A stretch of 64,000 bases of DNA, taken from NCBI GenBank assembly GCA_965649265.1, contig CBFGKC010000005.1:32001-96000 (forward strand). Reading direction: 5' to 3'. The translations under genes were made by a program, and so were the position numbers. Shown piece by piece: positions 11,051 to 21,330 of this stretch (its first letter is position 1; every line of letters begins with the position of its first letter). The DNA comes from a candidate division WOR-3 bacterium (GTDB lineage Bacteria > Hydrothermota > Tepidihabitantia > B3-TA06). The notes below the pieces were generated by a model that saw only the letters and a list, made by a program, of their open reading frames with translations, made no database searches and was not told the origin of the DNA.

Positions 11051-11763
11051 GCGAAAGCTGGCAGATTGTCGAGGCACTGCTTTTCGCCTCGCCCGACATT
11101 GTTTCTCTTGACCGGCTGGGAAAGGCGGCCGATCTTACCCCTTCCGAGGTAAAAACGTGTATAGAGAAGCTCAACAGGGATTACGAGGCCGAGGGCCGGG
11201 CATTTCACGTAAGGGAAGTAGCCGGCGGCTGGCAGATGTCCACTCATGCCCGTTTTGCACCATGGATAGGTCGCCTTTTACAAAAACGCGGTCGTGACCG
11301 TCTTTCAAAGGCGGCTCTGGAGACGCTGGCCGTGATAGCCCACCGCCAACCCATCAACAAACCGGATATAGACCAGGCACGCGGGATAGATTCCTCATAT
11401 ATACTGACCAATCTTCTCGAACGCAGCCTCATCAAAATCAAAGGTCGCGACAAGCGCGCGGGGCACCCGTTTGTATACGGCACCACTCCCAAATTTCTTG
11501 AATATTTCGGATTGAATTCACTGAAGGATCTACCAGACCTGGAGGAACCTTCCGTCAAGGAAGAAGACATAATGCCGCTCGAGGAGGGGCTGGAGGCTTC
11601 CGAGGGTTCGCAGGCGGAGCTGCCCATCCAAGAGGAACCTAAGGATGATCTTCAAGCGGAACCGGTAGACCCCGAGGCGCTGCATGCCATAGGTTACAGA
11701 ATTGACACGGGCGAGGAGAAAGACAGCGCGACACCAGAAAAGGCCAAAGAAGTTGACACTTGA
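11047..11763 (+). CDS. scpB: SMC-Scp complex subunit ScpB
   Basis: VEALLFAS, LSKAALETLAVIA..QP, YGTT.KFLEYFGL.SL.DLP. Confidence 0.93.
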   Translation: MSESWQIVEALLFASPDIVSLDRLGKAADLTPSEVKTCIEKLNRDYEAEGRAFHVREVAGGWQMSTHARFAPWIGRLLQKRGRDRLSKAALETLAVIAHRQPINKPDIDQARGIDSSYILTNLLERSLIKIKGRDKRAGHPFVYGTTPKFLEYFGLNSLKDLPDLEEPSVKEEDIMPLEEGLEASEGSQAELPIQEEPKDDLQAEPVDPEALHAIGYRIDTGEEKDSATPEKAKEVDT

Positions 11764-12280
11764 ACCGCATGTACCGCAAGCGCTGTTGATTTGCGGGCTT
11801 CTCTCCGCAGACAGGAAGATGCTCGACTCGATAGAAAACCCGCTTAAAACAAAATTGGGAGAAGCGGAACTTCGAAGCGATATATTTCCATTTGAATGGA
11901 CCGATTATTACAACTCCGAGATGGGCGCAGGAATACTCCGAAGATGGCTGGTTTTCAAGGAACCGCGCAATCTTGAAAAGCCCTGGAGCTATAAACTGGC
12001 ATCAACGGAGATCGAAAGGGAGTACTGCAAAGAAGGGCGGCGCACCATTAATATAGACCCTGGATTCATCCGTCTTGACGGGCTATGGCTTCTATCCACG
12101 AAACCCGCCGGACACAGGGCATATTTGGACAGAGGTGTTTGGATTGAGATGACCCTTCGTTTTCTGAAGGATTGCTGCGAGGAAATGCCCTGGACTTACC
12201 CCGATCATCGAGATCCCCAGGCTCAAAAATTCCTCTTAAAAGCCCGAGAGGTCCTGAAAAGAGCTTTGAGAGATGTTTGA
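11702..12280 (+). CDS. DUF4416 family protein (true start possibly TTG 11753)
   Basis: F..TDYY..EMG, R.INIDPG, HR.YL..G, PWTYPD. Confidence 0.75.
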   Translation: MTRARRKTARHQKRPKKLTLEPHVPQALLICGLLSADRKMLDSIENPLKTKLGEAELRSDIFPFEWTDYYNSEMGAGILRRWLVFKEPRNLEKPWSYKLASTEIEREYCKEGRRTINIDPGFIRLDGLWLLSTKPAGHRAYLDRGVWIEMTLRFLKDCCEEMPWTYPDHRDPQAQKFLLKAREVLKRALRDV

Positions 12281-12635
12281 AGTAGAAGTTACCACACCAT
12301 TGAATTTCAGTCACCGCCTTGAAGGTTTTGGAGAAGAATTCGAGTCGGAGCACGAACATACCTGGAGAATAACCGTTACAATCTCAATCGGGGCACTTGA
12401 CACATTCGGAGTGGCAGTGGACTTTGTCAAGTTAAAAAAAGAGTTGGTCGATTTCCTGAATCCATATCAGGGCTGCTTTCTGAATGGTCATGACGCTTTC
12501 AAGGCCACCCCCCCCACCGCGGAGAACATAGCTCAATTGGTCGCAGGATGGTTTCTACAAATCTACCCCGGGCTGGTTAAGTCCGTTGCCGTGGGATCAG
12601 ATAAAGAACTTGCGAGATATCTTGTCTCACACTAG
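12273..12635 (+). CDS. QueD/PTPS (COG0720) family protein
   Basis: FSHRL...HEHTW, VDF..LK, PTAENIA; no Cys before the HxH motif. Confidence 0.8.
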   Translation: MFEVEVTTPLNFSHRLEGFGEEFESEHEHTWRITVTISIGALDTFGVAVDFVKLKKELVDFLNPYQGCFLNGHDAFKATPPTAENIAQLVAGWFLQIYPGLVKSVAVGSDKELARYLVSH

Positions 12636-12678
12636 TTCTGTGGATCCACAAGTTATTGTTCCTCTACCTTCTCGAAAT

Positions 12679-14169
12679 CTAATTTGAAGTTCTTACCGTA
12701 AGAACCAGGGTTTCCCCGGTCTTTCGCAATTCGGCGACAATGGATTTTATCTCAACGGCATCCATGAGCGGGAAAATCTTCTTTTGCACATCTGCCGGTG
12801 TAACTCCCTGGGTTCTGTCTGCTGCGTAAAGAAGATAAGGTTTCAGAACCTCTTTGAATCTTGGCCAGAAGACCCATGCAACGGGCCTTTCAATACCCGC
12901 AGAGGTACACGAGTTTTTGAATTCGCTTGATGCATCCATCGTCCGCCCCGAAGAAAACCTGTCTTTCATCCACGGGATGAGACCAGTATCGCTGGTTACG
13001 ACGAATTGACCGTCATACATAAACCAGGCCATGCCTGCGAACTCCTCCCCAAAATCCAGATAGTGAAAGACCATGTTATCGGATTCAAGTGTGGTATCAA
13101 AGGCTAATGGAAAGAGCCAAGAAGTAGCAGTTTGCCAGCTTTGCTCAGTCTTTCCCGAGGCTTTTATCTTTGTCATCCAGCGCAATGGGGCATACCACTT
13201 GTCCACGTTCCATCCCTGGACAATCACATCGGCCTCACTCCCAAGGTCGGCTGCCATGGAAGCGAAGTTTTTCTCTATCTCGGGATTTCCGAGAACTTCA
13301 ACCTTCTCCTCTTTATCTGAAAGTTTCAAAGCTTCCTTCCATGCCGAATATGGTTCGAGTCCAGAAAGACTCGCAAAAGCGGCCGCATCGTCGGGGATTG
13401 AAGCGTAACTTTGGGGCGCGCGTGCGTTAACGAGAAGGCTTCCAAGAATTCCAGAGGGTCTGTCAAGCTCTAGTGTGAATTCAAGACCCTTCTGAGAATT
13501 TTCAAACGTCCACAGTAGTTTTTTGTACACAAGGTATTTCCCGGGATTCCGCGAAAGGCCGTAGGCAAGTAGATTATTGCCATCTTCAGGAAAAGCCTCC
13601 TCCTCCTTCAATGTCTTGGACGATGCTACGTTCAAGGCCTCAAGCAGCAGCTTCTCGGAAGTAGAGAACCACAGATAGTCTCCGGCAAAAGCAATGGCGG
13701 AACCGTCAGAGAAAACGGCATATGGGAAACCTTCTGCCTTCTTCTCTCTCCCGCGAGAAAGAGCGGCTTTCCACAGCATCTTCACGTTCCAGCGCGGCTC
13801 GGTAATAAGAAGCATCTGACCTTCGCCGTAGTCCGAGTAAATGAAACGCTTTCCTAATATATGCAACGGCTCAAGGTGAGTACGCTCCCGTATCTTCACA
13901 AGCCTCTCCTGATTAGCGAAGTCCTCTTCAATACCGACTTTCTTCACGGTGCGTGAAATCTTCGCTTTTTTATACACCCCACCGGCCAAGTCGAGGTTGA
14001 CTACGATATAACTGTAAGCTCCTTTAGGAAGAAGCTCCTCCAGGACCACGACCTTTCGTTCAAGTTTTGGGGTGTTTGAAAGAAATGCGTAGGCGACTCC
14101 TGCGCCTGCAACAAGCACTCCGAAGGCTATGCCCAATCCAATCAGAATTCTTTTCAAGGTTTTGCTCAT
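12679..14169 (-). CDS. Membrane-anchored hypothetical protein, last gene of the alpha-2-macroglobulin operon
   Basis: 496-aa ORF with single N-terminal TM helix; ATGA-coupled to the upstream gene. Confidence 0.7.
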   Translation of the reverse strand: MSKTLKRILIGLGIAFGVLVAGAGVAYAFLSNTPKLERKVVVLEELLPKGAYSYIVVNLDLAGGVYKKAKISRTVKKVGIEEDFANQERLVKIRERTHLEPLHILGKRFIYSDYGEGQMLLITEPRWNVKMLWKAALSRGREKKAEGFPYAVFSDGSAIAFAGDYLWFSTSEKLLLEALNVASSKTLKEEEAFPEDGNNLLAYGLSRNPGKYLVYKKLLWTFENSQKGLEFTLELDRPSGILGSLLVNARAPQSYASIPDDAAAFASLSGLEPYSAWKEALKLSDKEEKVEVLGNPEIEKNFASMAADLGSEADVIVQGWNVDKWYAPLRWMTKIKASGKTEQSWQTATSWLFPLAFDTTLESDNMVFHYLDFGEEFAGMAWFMYDGQFVVTSDTGLIPWMKDRFSSGRTMDASSEFKNSCTSAGIERPVAWVFWPRFKEVLKPYLLYAADRTQGVTPADVQKKIFPLMDAVEIKSIVAELRKTGETLVLTVRTSN

Positions 14170-14759
14170 CGAGCCTCCTCTTTTATAAGTCGTGCCAGGC
14201 TGTCCCGGCCAACCGCTAATAAAGTTTCTTGTGTCATCAAGGCCGCGGCAAGATATCCCCGCCGCAGCTCCAAAGTATCCCGGCTCCTCAGAAGCCGCTC
14301 TATCACAACAGTATCATCAGGTAAATTTCTCTCGGCTCCAAGTTGCCGTAGCTGCCCGGAGCAGATAACGGCCAACCCCTCATTCATCCAGAGAGGGACC
14401 CTGTAAGGCAAAAGAACCAGGTGCACGTATTCGTGCACTATCGTCTCGTCGAGTACTCCCCTTCCCTCGAGAATCTCCAGAGGCTGGGTAATAAGCTCCC
14501 CGTTACAAACAGAGGCTCCTTGCCAGATTGAGCACCCCGTCCATGCCGCGAAATCGCCGCTTGAAGGAGCAACCCTCATCCTGCAAATCATAGGCTGAGG
14601 AAGACCCAGGTAATCCTCTACTATCTTTTCAGCCTTGGCAATCGTTTCCTGCAATCGCTTTACTTCAGCAGGAGTGTACTTTTCGGACTCCACGATAATT
14701 TTCCATCTACCCCATGGAATTACCGTGGCAAAAAGGAGGATAGCAATTCTCAGTGCCAT
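14166..14759 (-). CDS. Small secreted HEXXH zinc-peptidase-like protein
   Basis: Hydrophobic N-terminus; HEYVH followed by PLWMNEGLA (gluzincin-like third ligand). Confidence 0.65.
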   Translation of the reverse strand: MALRIAILLFATVIPWGRWKIIVESEKYTPAEVKRLQETIAKAEKIVEDYLGLPQPMICRMRVAPSSGDFAAWTGCSIWQGASVCNGELITQPLEILEGRGVLDETIVHEYVHLVLLPYRVPLWMNEGLAVICSGQLRQLGAERNLPDDTVVIERLLRSRDTLELRRGYLAAALMTQETLLAVGRDSLARLIKEEAR

Positions 14760-15775
14760 TCGCTCACCTGGGTTCCTTTGTAGTAGTAGGAAAGTATTTC
14801 ACGGTAATTCTTGCCGTGGGCGGCCATGGCAGCCGCTCCCCACTGGCATAGACCTACGCCGTGACCTAGTCCGTGTCCCTTGAATACAAAATCCTCCCCA
14901 TCCTTCTTTACGTCGAACCACGAGCTTTTGAGTGTTCCCCAACCGAGTGATTTCGCGAGTAAGTCACGGAAATCCCAACCGGAGAATATCATAGACGAGG
15001 AACCCCTGACCCTTATCTGCTGAACCCGAGAATCTGGGGCTAAAGAAACAATCTCAATAGAGGATACGTGTGGCAAGCCGAGAGCCGAGGCCACGAAGTC
15101 AGCCGAAACGCAATATTCCCAACACAGGTCTGGGGAGTTCTTACAGTAATCGTCATTGACCGAAACAAGATAAGACGCTCTTTCATCCGGCCAGATGGAT
15201 CTCGCATCTGCGGTTTTCCCTCCGCATGAGGAATGGTAGAATATCTCACAGGGATTCCCATCATAAGTAAGGACGAGTCCGCGAGTCTCACCCACTGCCT
15301 TAATTGTCAATGGTGTCGTGCTTTCAAGACCGAGGTAGGATTGACAATGAGTAAGATCGCAAAAATCCCAGTCGTCGTTTTGGTGGCGGGATGCGGTATG
15401 CGTGAATGTACGGCACAAAACCGCCTGTGCCTTCAGTGCTTCAAGTCCCGCTCTCGGAACCATCTCGGCTCCGACGACGGATGAAAGATAGGAATCCTCG
15501 TCCAGTTTATTGACAAACACTAACTCGCCGTTTTCGGCTTTCACCTTGAGTGAACCAGGATATCTGCGGTTCATTTCGCCACACTGAATAGTGAAAGAAT
15601 CCACGTCAAGGACCCACTCGATTGATTTGATCCCGTTCACGAAAAGTGTATTAGTCTTGGCCTCCAGACTTACACTGCCTTTCCTGGAAACTACATTCGC
15701 CTTCACAGGATGGTGTGACGAAAGGATATGGACACTCACGGCTGATACCACAAGAAGAATGCTAGCGATCTGCAT
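14750..15775 (-). CDS. SpoIID/LytB-domain lytic transglycosylase
   Basis: YL..VV.AEM, ALKAQAV..RT, CD.THCQ.Y, GHGVGLCQWGA; GGAGGT RBS before ATG 15775. Confidence 0.9.
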   Translation of the reverse strand: MQIASILLVVSAVSVHILSSHHPVKANVVSRKGSVSLEAKTNTLFVNGIKSIEWVLDVDSFTIQCGEMNRRYPGSLKVKAENGELVFVNKLDEDSYLSSVVGAEMVPRAGLEALKAQAVLCRTFTHTASRHQNDDWDFCDLTHCQSYLGLESTTPLTIKAVGETRGLVLTYDGNPCEIFYHSSCGGKTADARSIWPDERASYLVSVNDDYCKNSPDLCWEYCVSADFVASALGLPHVSSIEIVSLAPDSRVQQIRVRGSSSMIFSGWDFRDLLAKSLGWGTLKSSWFDVKKDGEDFVFKGHGLGHGVGLCQWGAAAMAAHGKNYREILSYYYKGTQVSEWH

Positions 15776-16709
15776 ATCCACCTCCGAAGTAGGATGAGAA
15801 TACGAGTCCGGCAAGCTGTGCGGCGTCTTTGCCTTCGCCGCGCTTGAGGAATACTACCAGAGCTATTCTGGGATCGGCGTATGGTGCGAAACCTACGAAC
15901 CAGCCTTGTGTCACCCAGCTTTCGAGAACTGTTGAAGTCCCGGTCTTGCCCGCAACGGCAACAGATGTAATATCGGCCGGTTTTCCCGTTCCCCTTCGCA
16001 CTACGTCACGTAGAAGCGGTCGGACTCGCGCGAGTGCTTTTTGATCAGGGAGAGTTGAGAGCATGATTGCAGAGCCATGAGAAAGCCTCGGCTTGATTAG
16101 ACTGCCGTTTGTGGCAATTCCAGAGATCAAAGCGAGCATAGCCACCGGTGTAAGCTGGATTGCCGCACCCTGACCTATTGAGAATTCACGAAGCGCCGAG
16201 TCTGTAGAAGGAATCTGGATTAGACTCTCCCCCTCGCCCGGCAGGTCAACTCCGACCTTCCCGCTGAGCCTCAGATTTCGAGGAAGCGCAGCAAGCTCTT
16301 CAGCGGTCAGACTTCTGGATAGATTCTGAAAGTAGAGATTGCAGGATTCGACGAGCGCACGGTCAAAATCGACCCAGCCGTGCCCGTCGCGCATCGAGCA
16401 GCGTAGCGTATCCCTCCCCCTCACTTCGATACCCGTACAGAAGAAACTGTCATCGGTTACCGAACCTTTGTCCAATGCGGCGAGAGCGGTCAGCATCTTT
16501 GCTACCGAACCTGGCGGAAATCTCTTTGAGAAAAGGAGATCCTTGTCCGTCGCCGCAATGAGATAGCCCGATTTCAGATCCATTACGGCAATCGCGGCCC
16601 TGTCGCCTGCAATCTCAGAGCATCGCTTCTCGAACTCGGTATAATCAACGAATCTGCCGCCGGCTGCAACTGCGGGAACAGTCAAAAGAATCAGAAAGCC
16701 CAGTATCAC
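15762..16709 (-). CDS. Stand-alone penicillin-binding transpeptidase-domain protein
   Basis: SVAK (SxxK), SCN (SxN), KTGT motifs; GWFVGFAP; signal peptide. Confidence 0.85.
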   Translation of the reverse strand: MILGFLILLTVPAVAAGGRFVDYTEFEKRCSEIAGDRAAIAVMDLKSGYLIAATDKDLLFSKRFPPGSVAKMLTALAALDKGSVTDDSFFCTGIEVRGRDTLRCSMRDGHGWVDFDRALVESCNLYFQNLSRSLTAEELAALPRNLRLSGKVGVDLPGEGESLIQIPSTDSALREFSIGQGAAIQLTPVAMLALISGIATNGSLIKPRLSHGSAIMLSTLPDQKALARVRPLLRDVVRRGTGKPADITSVAVAGKTGTSTVLESWVTQGWFVGFAPYADPRIALVVFLKRGEGKDAAQLAGLVFSSYFGGGYADR

Positions 16710-19700
16710 TCCTTTACGGTTATGATGGACTCGGAGGAATGCCCTGTTTTCTCGGGATAATACATAAGCGATATTCTTGCAGGCATCACATGATAGGTTC
16801 CTGGCAGGTACGGTTCGAGGACATACGAGAGTACACGCTCACCGGTCCAGATATGACTCATGAAGAAGGCGACATGATCGTCATGTATCTCACGGCCGGA
16901 GTACATGTAACCCCACTCATCATCGTAGTCGTAGTAGCCCCACCAGTAGCGCTCGTTCTTTATGGGATAACGGTCGCGATCCTTGGACACTTCAAAGCCT
17001 GCAGGTATGGGGTCAGCAAGCATCACGTATTCGAACTCGTTTTCGCAATCCACGTAGAGCTTCACGAACAGTGGCTCGCCTATCTTGACAGGGCCCTTGA
17101 GTTCTTCCTTGTAGTATACCAACTCGTCATTTTCGACTCTGGGAACGAGCCTGTAGTACCTGCGATGGACCTTGAGCTCGGTGCCGCCTTCGGGGATACC
17201 CTCCTCCTCGCTGTAGAAAGAAAGGACGGAACTGAAGAATAGATTCCCCTGTCCTGTTTTGTGGACCTTAAGGGTATTATTGCCCATTGAGGCGCTCGAA
17301 AAATCGAGTTCGATAGGCCTGTTGAACTCAAGTATATCTTTCTCGGAGACGTTGTAGGAAGCTATCTTGCGGCCGTTCAGGGTAAAATCGATATCAATCT
17401 TGGGTGAGGTGTCGCTCGTGATCTTAAGGAATTCTGCAATTGCCAAGAGGGAGAGTGCGGAATCCTTGGTGGACTTCCAGTGATTTCCTCGGCGCTCGCG
17501 GAGCAGCCAGTATACTATCTTGGGAACCATCTCGTCCTTGGGAGATATGGCCAGGAACGCGCGCAGTGTTGTTGCGGTAACCTCTACGGGGTCATCTCCC
17601 CAATACTCGACTGCCCGAGTTGTTGCGCTCCAGTAAACTATCTCGCCGTCAGATATCGCGTCCTTTTTCAAACGCTCGAGTGCTGCCTTCGCCTTTGCAG
17701 TTTCGCCGACCTTTTGCCAGGTCAACGCGATAAGGGCGCGAGAGTAGGGGTCAAGTTCACCCTTCTCGAGTGATGCAGCCTCTGATTTAATGAGCGAGGA
17801 GTTGTCGCCAGGTGCGAGGGAAAGAACGTAGATCATGTAAGCGCGCTCGACAGTCGCAATATCCTTCCCGTTCGCAAGAAGATTCTTAATGGCCGCAGTG
17901 CCTCGCTCGATGACCTTGGAATTGATGTCGTAACCGAGATTGGAGGCGTAAATTAAGCCGTGCATGACGTACGCAGTCATGTAGTTCATCGTCTGATCGA
18001 ATTCCCACCAGCCCCAACCGCCGTCTGAATGCTGGTAGCCGTATAGCTTCGCCAAGCCTTTCTCTATCATCTTCGGCAGCTCGGCTGCGAGTTTGGGGTC
18101 GCCGCGCTTCGGATCTTTTATGAGATCGGCTACGAGGAGGTCCGGGAAGAAGCTCGACATCGTTTGCTCCGCGCAGCCGTAGGGATATCCGGCAAGGTAT
18201 GAAAGACCCGAAAAGAGGGCTGAACCGATAGTAGGGGTGAGGGTCAAAGAACCTTTAATGCTCTGCATATCAGTACCCTCAGGAATCTTGAACTCTCTAG
18301 TCACGCGCTCGTCGGCGCCGGGCATGAATGCAGAAAGTACAAGGTTACGCTCTACTCCGTGAGGGTTGATGGGGACCTTTATCTGCATTGCATCTGAGAT
18401 ATCGGGAGCGATCGCCTTTGCTATGAGAGTGGCGTCCCCTGTTGCCGTGGCTCTTACCGGCCAGTCTACCCTGTAACTGCCACCAGGTCTTATGTTTTCT
18501 GTGTGAGTCGTCTTGTCGAGAAGCTCGAGCCCGGCTGCTGAGAACGAAAGCTCCACCTCTTGGCTGCTTCTGGTGTAGTTGTGGACTATTGTGGAAATTA
18601 CGAGACTGTCGCGTTCGGTGATGAAGCGCGGAGACATGATGCGAACAAGGAGGTCTTTGGTGACCAGGGTCTTTTCCCTGCTCTCGCCGACCTTAGTGTC
18701 TGGGGTTATTGCCCTCGCCGTGGTTCTCCAAGTAGTCAGATTCTCAGGATACGTAAAGGAAACGCTGGCCTTGCCCTGACCGTCGGTTCTGACAAATGCG
18801 TTCCAGTATGCCATATCCTCGAATCGCTGGCGGACCTGGGGCTCCTCGCGTCCCTTATATGCAGCGAGCACAACGCTGTCCTTGGCCGCGCCTGAGAGAC
18901 GTGAGTACTCCTGTTCGTAGCCGTAGAAGGAGAAGTAGACCGAGGAGGAGGTCGAGACTTCATTGTACCTTTCTCCGTAGAAATAATCCTCTATGGGAGG
19001 TGTTATCTCCTCGGCCAGCGAGTAGAGTGCCTCATCAACGACGGCAAGGGAAAGGTCGGCCTTCACCGGTTTGCCCTTCGAATCCTTGACTACTATGTCG
19101 AGCTTGCCTTTCTCGCCCGGCTCGTAACGGTTCTTGTCTGGTTTCACCTGGATTGCAAGAAGCTCGTTCTTGCGGTTGATCTTGAACTCCTTCTCCTGCC
19201 TGAAGAAATCGCCGTCGTATACCCCGGCGATTGAAAGGTAAGCGTTTGGCACGAACTCCTTGCGGACGTCGAATCTTATGAGCGCGGTGTTTCCCTTGAG
19301 GCTGACGACGTCTACCTTGTATATCCTGTCGGCTTCTATCGAGGCTATCATGTGCGCGTCCTTGTAAGGGGCGATGACTAGCGCCTCGGCCTTGTCGCCC
19401 GGCTCGTAAGTCTCCTTGTCGAACACGATCTGGATCTCGTCAGTATTCCAGGAGTAGTAACCTCCGTAGGAGGATACCCACACCCAGCTCTCCTCGCTCG
19501 ATTGATTGCCGTCAGGGTCTTCGGTTGATGAGTTGAAATAATACGATCCAGCTTCCTTTGGAGTAAAATCAAAACTCGCCTGTCCCATCGGACCCACGGA
19601 GATTGTCCTTCTAGTGACAAGCTGATCTTCCTTGTTCCAGTAGTGCTTGTAGATTTCGATATCGACTACGGCAGCAGCCGGTTTCCCGAAGATGTCGCGC

Positions 19701-21292
19701 GTTTTTACCGAAAGACTCATCTTCTCGCCAGGCTCAACAACGTACTTTGAAGGCCTTACATCTATGAGTATCCCGGATTCTGCAACGAAAGCGTATGCGG
19801 AACCGGTTTCGGATTTACGCGATTCGTCACGAACCTCGGCATCGAATGTGTATCGGTAACTCGCGCCGTCCTTGGGTGTGATGTATTTAAAGACGGCCTT
19901 GCCCTGATCATTTGTCTGCGTCTTCAACTCGTCGACGTACTCGGAGCCGTACCAGTAATAGTCGTCGTAATTGACCCGGTAAACCTTGAGCGACACATCC
20001 GCGCGAGAGACAGGGGCGCCGAAAAAGTAATCGGCCGCAACCGTTATCTTGACCTCGTCACCCTGAACGTAGGCCTCCTTGTCCGCAGATACTTCGACCT
20101 TGTATTCGGGTTTTCGGTATTCCTCGACCCTGAACTGCACGGAATGGTAAGTGCTGTCCACACTGGCGCTCAGGGTGTAGCGGCCAAGACGGCCAGAAGA
20201 AGGAACCACGAGAGAATCCGCGAGTGCACCCCAGGAATCGGTTTTCAAAGTTTTTTTATAGATCTCGTTACCTTCAGGATCGCTGACGATTACTTCCACG
20301 TCCTTCACTTGCGGCGTTCGATAAGTGCCGTTTTCCTTTAATCGAAGAATACCCTTGAAGTATACGACCTGGTCGGGTCTATATATCGGCCGCTCAGTTT
20401 GGAGGTAGAGCTTTGCTCCACTCTTACCCATATATCCCCCCTCCCCTTCGTAGTCGTAGTAATAGTAGTTGTCAAGAATGGCGAAATCATTCCCGTCCTG
20501 CGCCAGTACGCGAAGGTGAGTGGTGTCGAAAGCGGCATGGAAGAGACCCTTGCCGTCCGTCTTCCCTGCGGCGACCTTCGATGTATCGGAAAGGACCATG
20601 ATCTTTGCTCCGCGGCGAGGCTTGCCGTCCGTGGAGGAGACCGCGAAAAGGTAAACGTCCCTGGTATCCTGCTTCGCCACGAGCGACATCTCGCTTACTA
20701 TGACAGGGGTGTATGCGACCCGGGTGCCGTAGTAGGCTTCAACGAGATATACGCCCGGCTCGTCGAGAGCCAGGTCGACATCCTTGTAATGGTAGTCCGA
20801 GTAGTAGTAGTAATCTTCGTTGGTTTTCTTTTTCTTTTCGAACTTGATCTTCCATTCCCTGATGAAAGGGTACCCCTTCAACTTTGGAATGCTCGCCTGA
20901 CCGATTCTCTCAGGTGTTTCTTCCGGTTTCTCGAGCCTCGGGAGGCCTAGAAAATCCCGCAACGACACGCGGCTGTCTTCCCCGATTATCTCGCGGGAAA
21001 GGTAGCGAGTGTTATGCTTCGTGCGGTCGGCAAGACCCTCTATCACGTTGAAGAAATTAGCGGGCTTGACCTTGGCACCAACCCTGGGCGAGCGCACGTT
21101 CTCCTGATGAGAAAAAAACTCTATCGGATCATCGATCCTGTAGAGCCTCATGTATACTTCGTCCGTACCCGAGGCCTCGAGCCTTATCTCGGTGGAGGAA
21201 CCCGGCGCATATATCGAAGGGGTTGAAACGTATATGTAGGGGTGGGCGAAAAGCCCCCCTGCGAGAGTCAATAAGAAAGAAAAAAACTTCAT
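16706..21292 (-). CDS. Alpha-2-macroglobulin family protein
   Basis: TERPIYRPDQ.V.FKG (MG2), VEEYRKPEY, PENLTTWR, YPYGCAEQ thioester, Q.SDGGWGWW; 1528 aa. Confidence 0.95.
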   Translation of the reverse strand: MKFFSFLLTLAGGLFAHPYIYVSTPSIYAPGSSTEIRLEASGTDEVYMRLYRIDDPIEFFSHQENVRSPRVGAKVKPANFFNVIEGLADRTKHNTRYLSREIIGEDSRVSLRDFLGLPRLEKPEETPERIGQASIPKLKGYPFIREWKIKFEKKKKTNEDYYYYSDYHYKDVDLALDEPGVYLVEAYYGTRVAYTPVIVSEMSLVAKQDTRDVYLFAVSSTDGKPRRGAKIMVLSDTSKVAAGKTDGKGLFHAAFDTTHLRVLAQDGNDFAILDNYYYYDYEGEGGYMGKSGAKLYLQTERPIYRPDQVVYFKGILRLKENGTYRTPQVKDVEVIVSDPEGNEIYKKTLKTDSWGALADSLVVPSSGRLGRYTLSASVDSTYHSVQFRVEEYRKPEYKVEVSADKEAYVQGDEVKITVAADYFFGAPVSRADVSLKVYRVNYDDYYWYGSEYVDELKTQTNDQGKAVFKYITPKDGASYRYTFDAEVRDESRKSETGSAYAFVAESGILIDVRPSKYVVEPGEKMSLSVKTRDIFGKPAAAVVDIEIYKHYWNKEDQLVTRRTISVGPMGQASFDFTPKEAGSYYFNSSTEDPDGNQSSEESWVWVSSYGGYYSWNTDEIQIVFDKETYEPGDKAEALVIAPYKDAHMIASIEADRIYKVDVVSLKGNTALIRFDVRKEFVPNAYLSIAGVYDGDFFRQEKEFKINRKNELLAIQVKPDKNRYEPGEKGKLDIVVKDSKGKPVKADLSLAVVDEALYSLAEEITPPIEDYFYGERYNEVSTSSSVYFSFYGYEQEYSRLSGAAKDSVVLAAYKGREEPQVRQRFEDMAYWNAFVRTDGQGKASVSFTYPENLTTWRTTARAITPDTKVGESREKTLVTKDLLVRIMSPRFITERDSLVISTIVHNYTRSSQEVELSFSAAGLELLDKTTHTENIRPGGSYRVDWPVRATATGDATLIAKAIAPDISDAMQIKVPINPHGVERNLVLSAFMPGADERVTREFKIPEGTDMQSIKGSLTLTPTIGSALFSGLSYLAGYPYGCAEQTMSSFFPDLLVADLIKDPKRGDPKLAAELPKMIEKGLAKLYGYQHSDGGWGWWEFDQTMNYMTAYVMHGLIYASNLGYDINSKVIERGTAAIKNLLANGKDIATVERAYMIYVLSLAPGDNSSLIKSEAASLEKGELDPYSRALIALTWQKVGETAKAKAALERLKKDAISDGEIVYWSATTRAVEYWGDDPVEVTATTLRAFLAISPKDEMVPKIVYWLLRERRGNHWKSTKDSALSLLAIAEFLKITSDTSPKIDIDFTLNGRKIASYNVSEKDILEFNRPIELDFSSASMGNNTLKVHKTGQGNLFFSSVLSFYSEEEGIPEGGTELKVHRRYYRLVPRVENDELVYYKEELKGPVKIGEPLFVKLYVDCENEFEYVMLADPIPAGFEVSKDRDRYPIKNERYWWGYYDYDDEWGYMYSGREIHDDHVAFFMSHIWTGERVLSYVLEPYLPGTYHVMPARISLMYYPEKTGHSSESIITVKE

Positions 21293-21330
21293 TCTGCCCT
21301 CCTTGGGGCGTGGAAGGTTTTCATGACCAG

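Noticed and set aside
12639-12650. DnaA-box-like words (TGTGGATCCACA here; also near 39872 and 59453)
   Set aside because: Isolated, mismatched, no cluster or unwinding element; no evidence for oriC.
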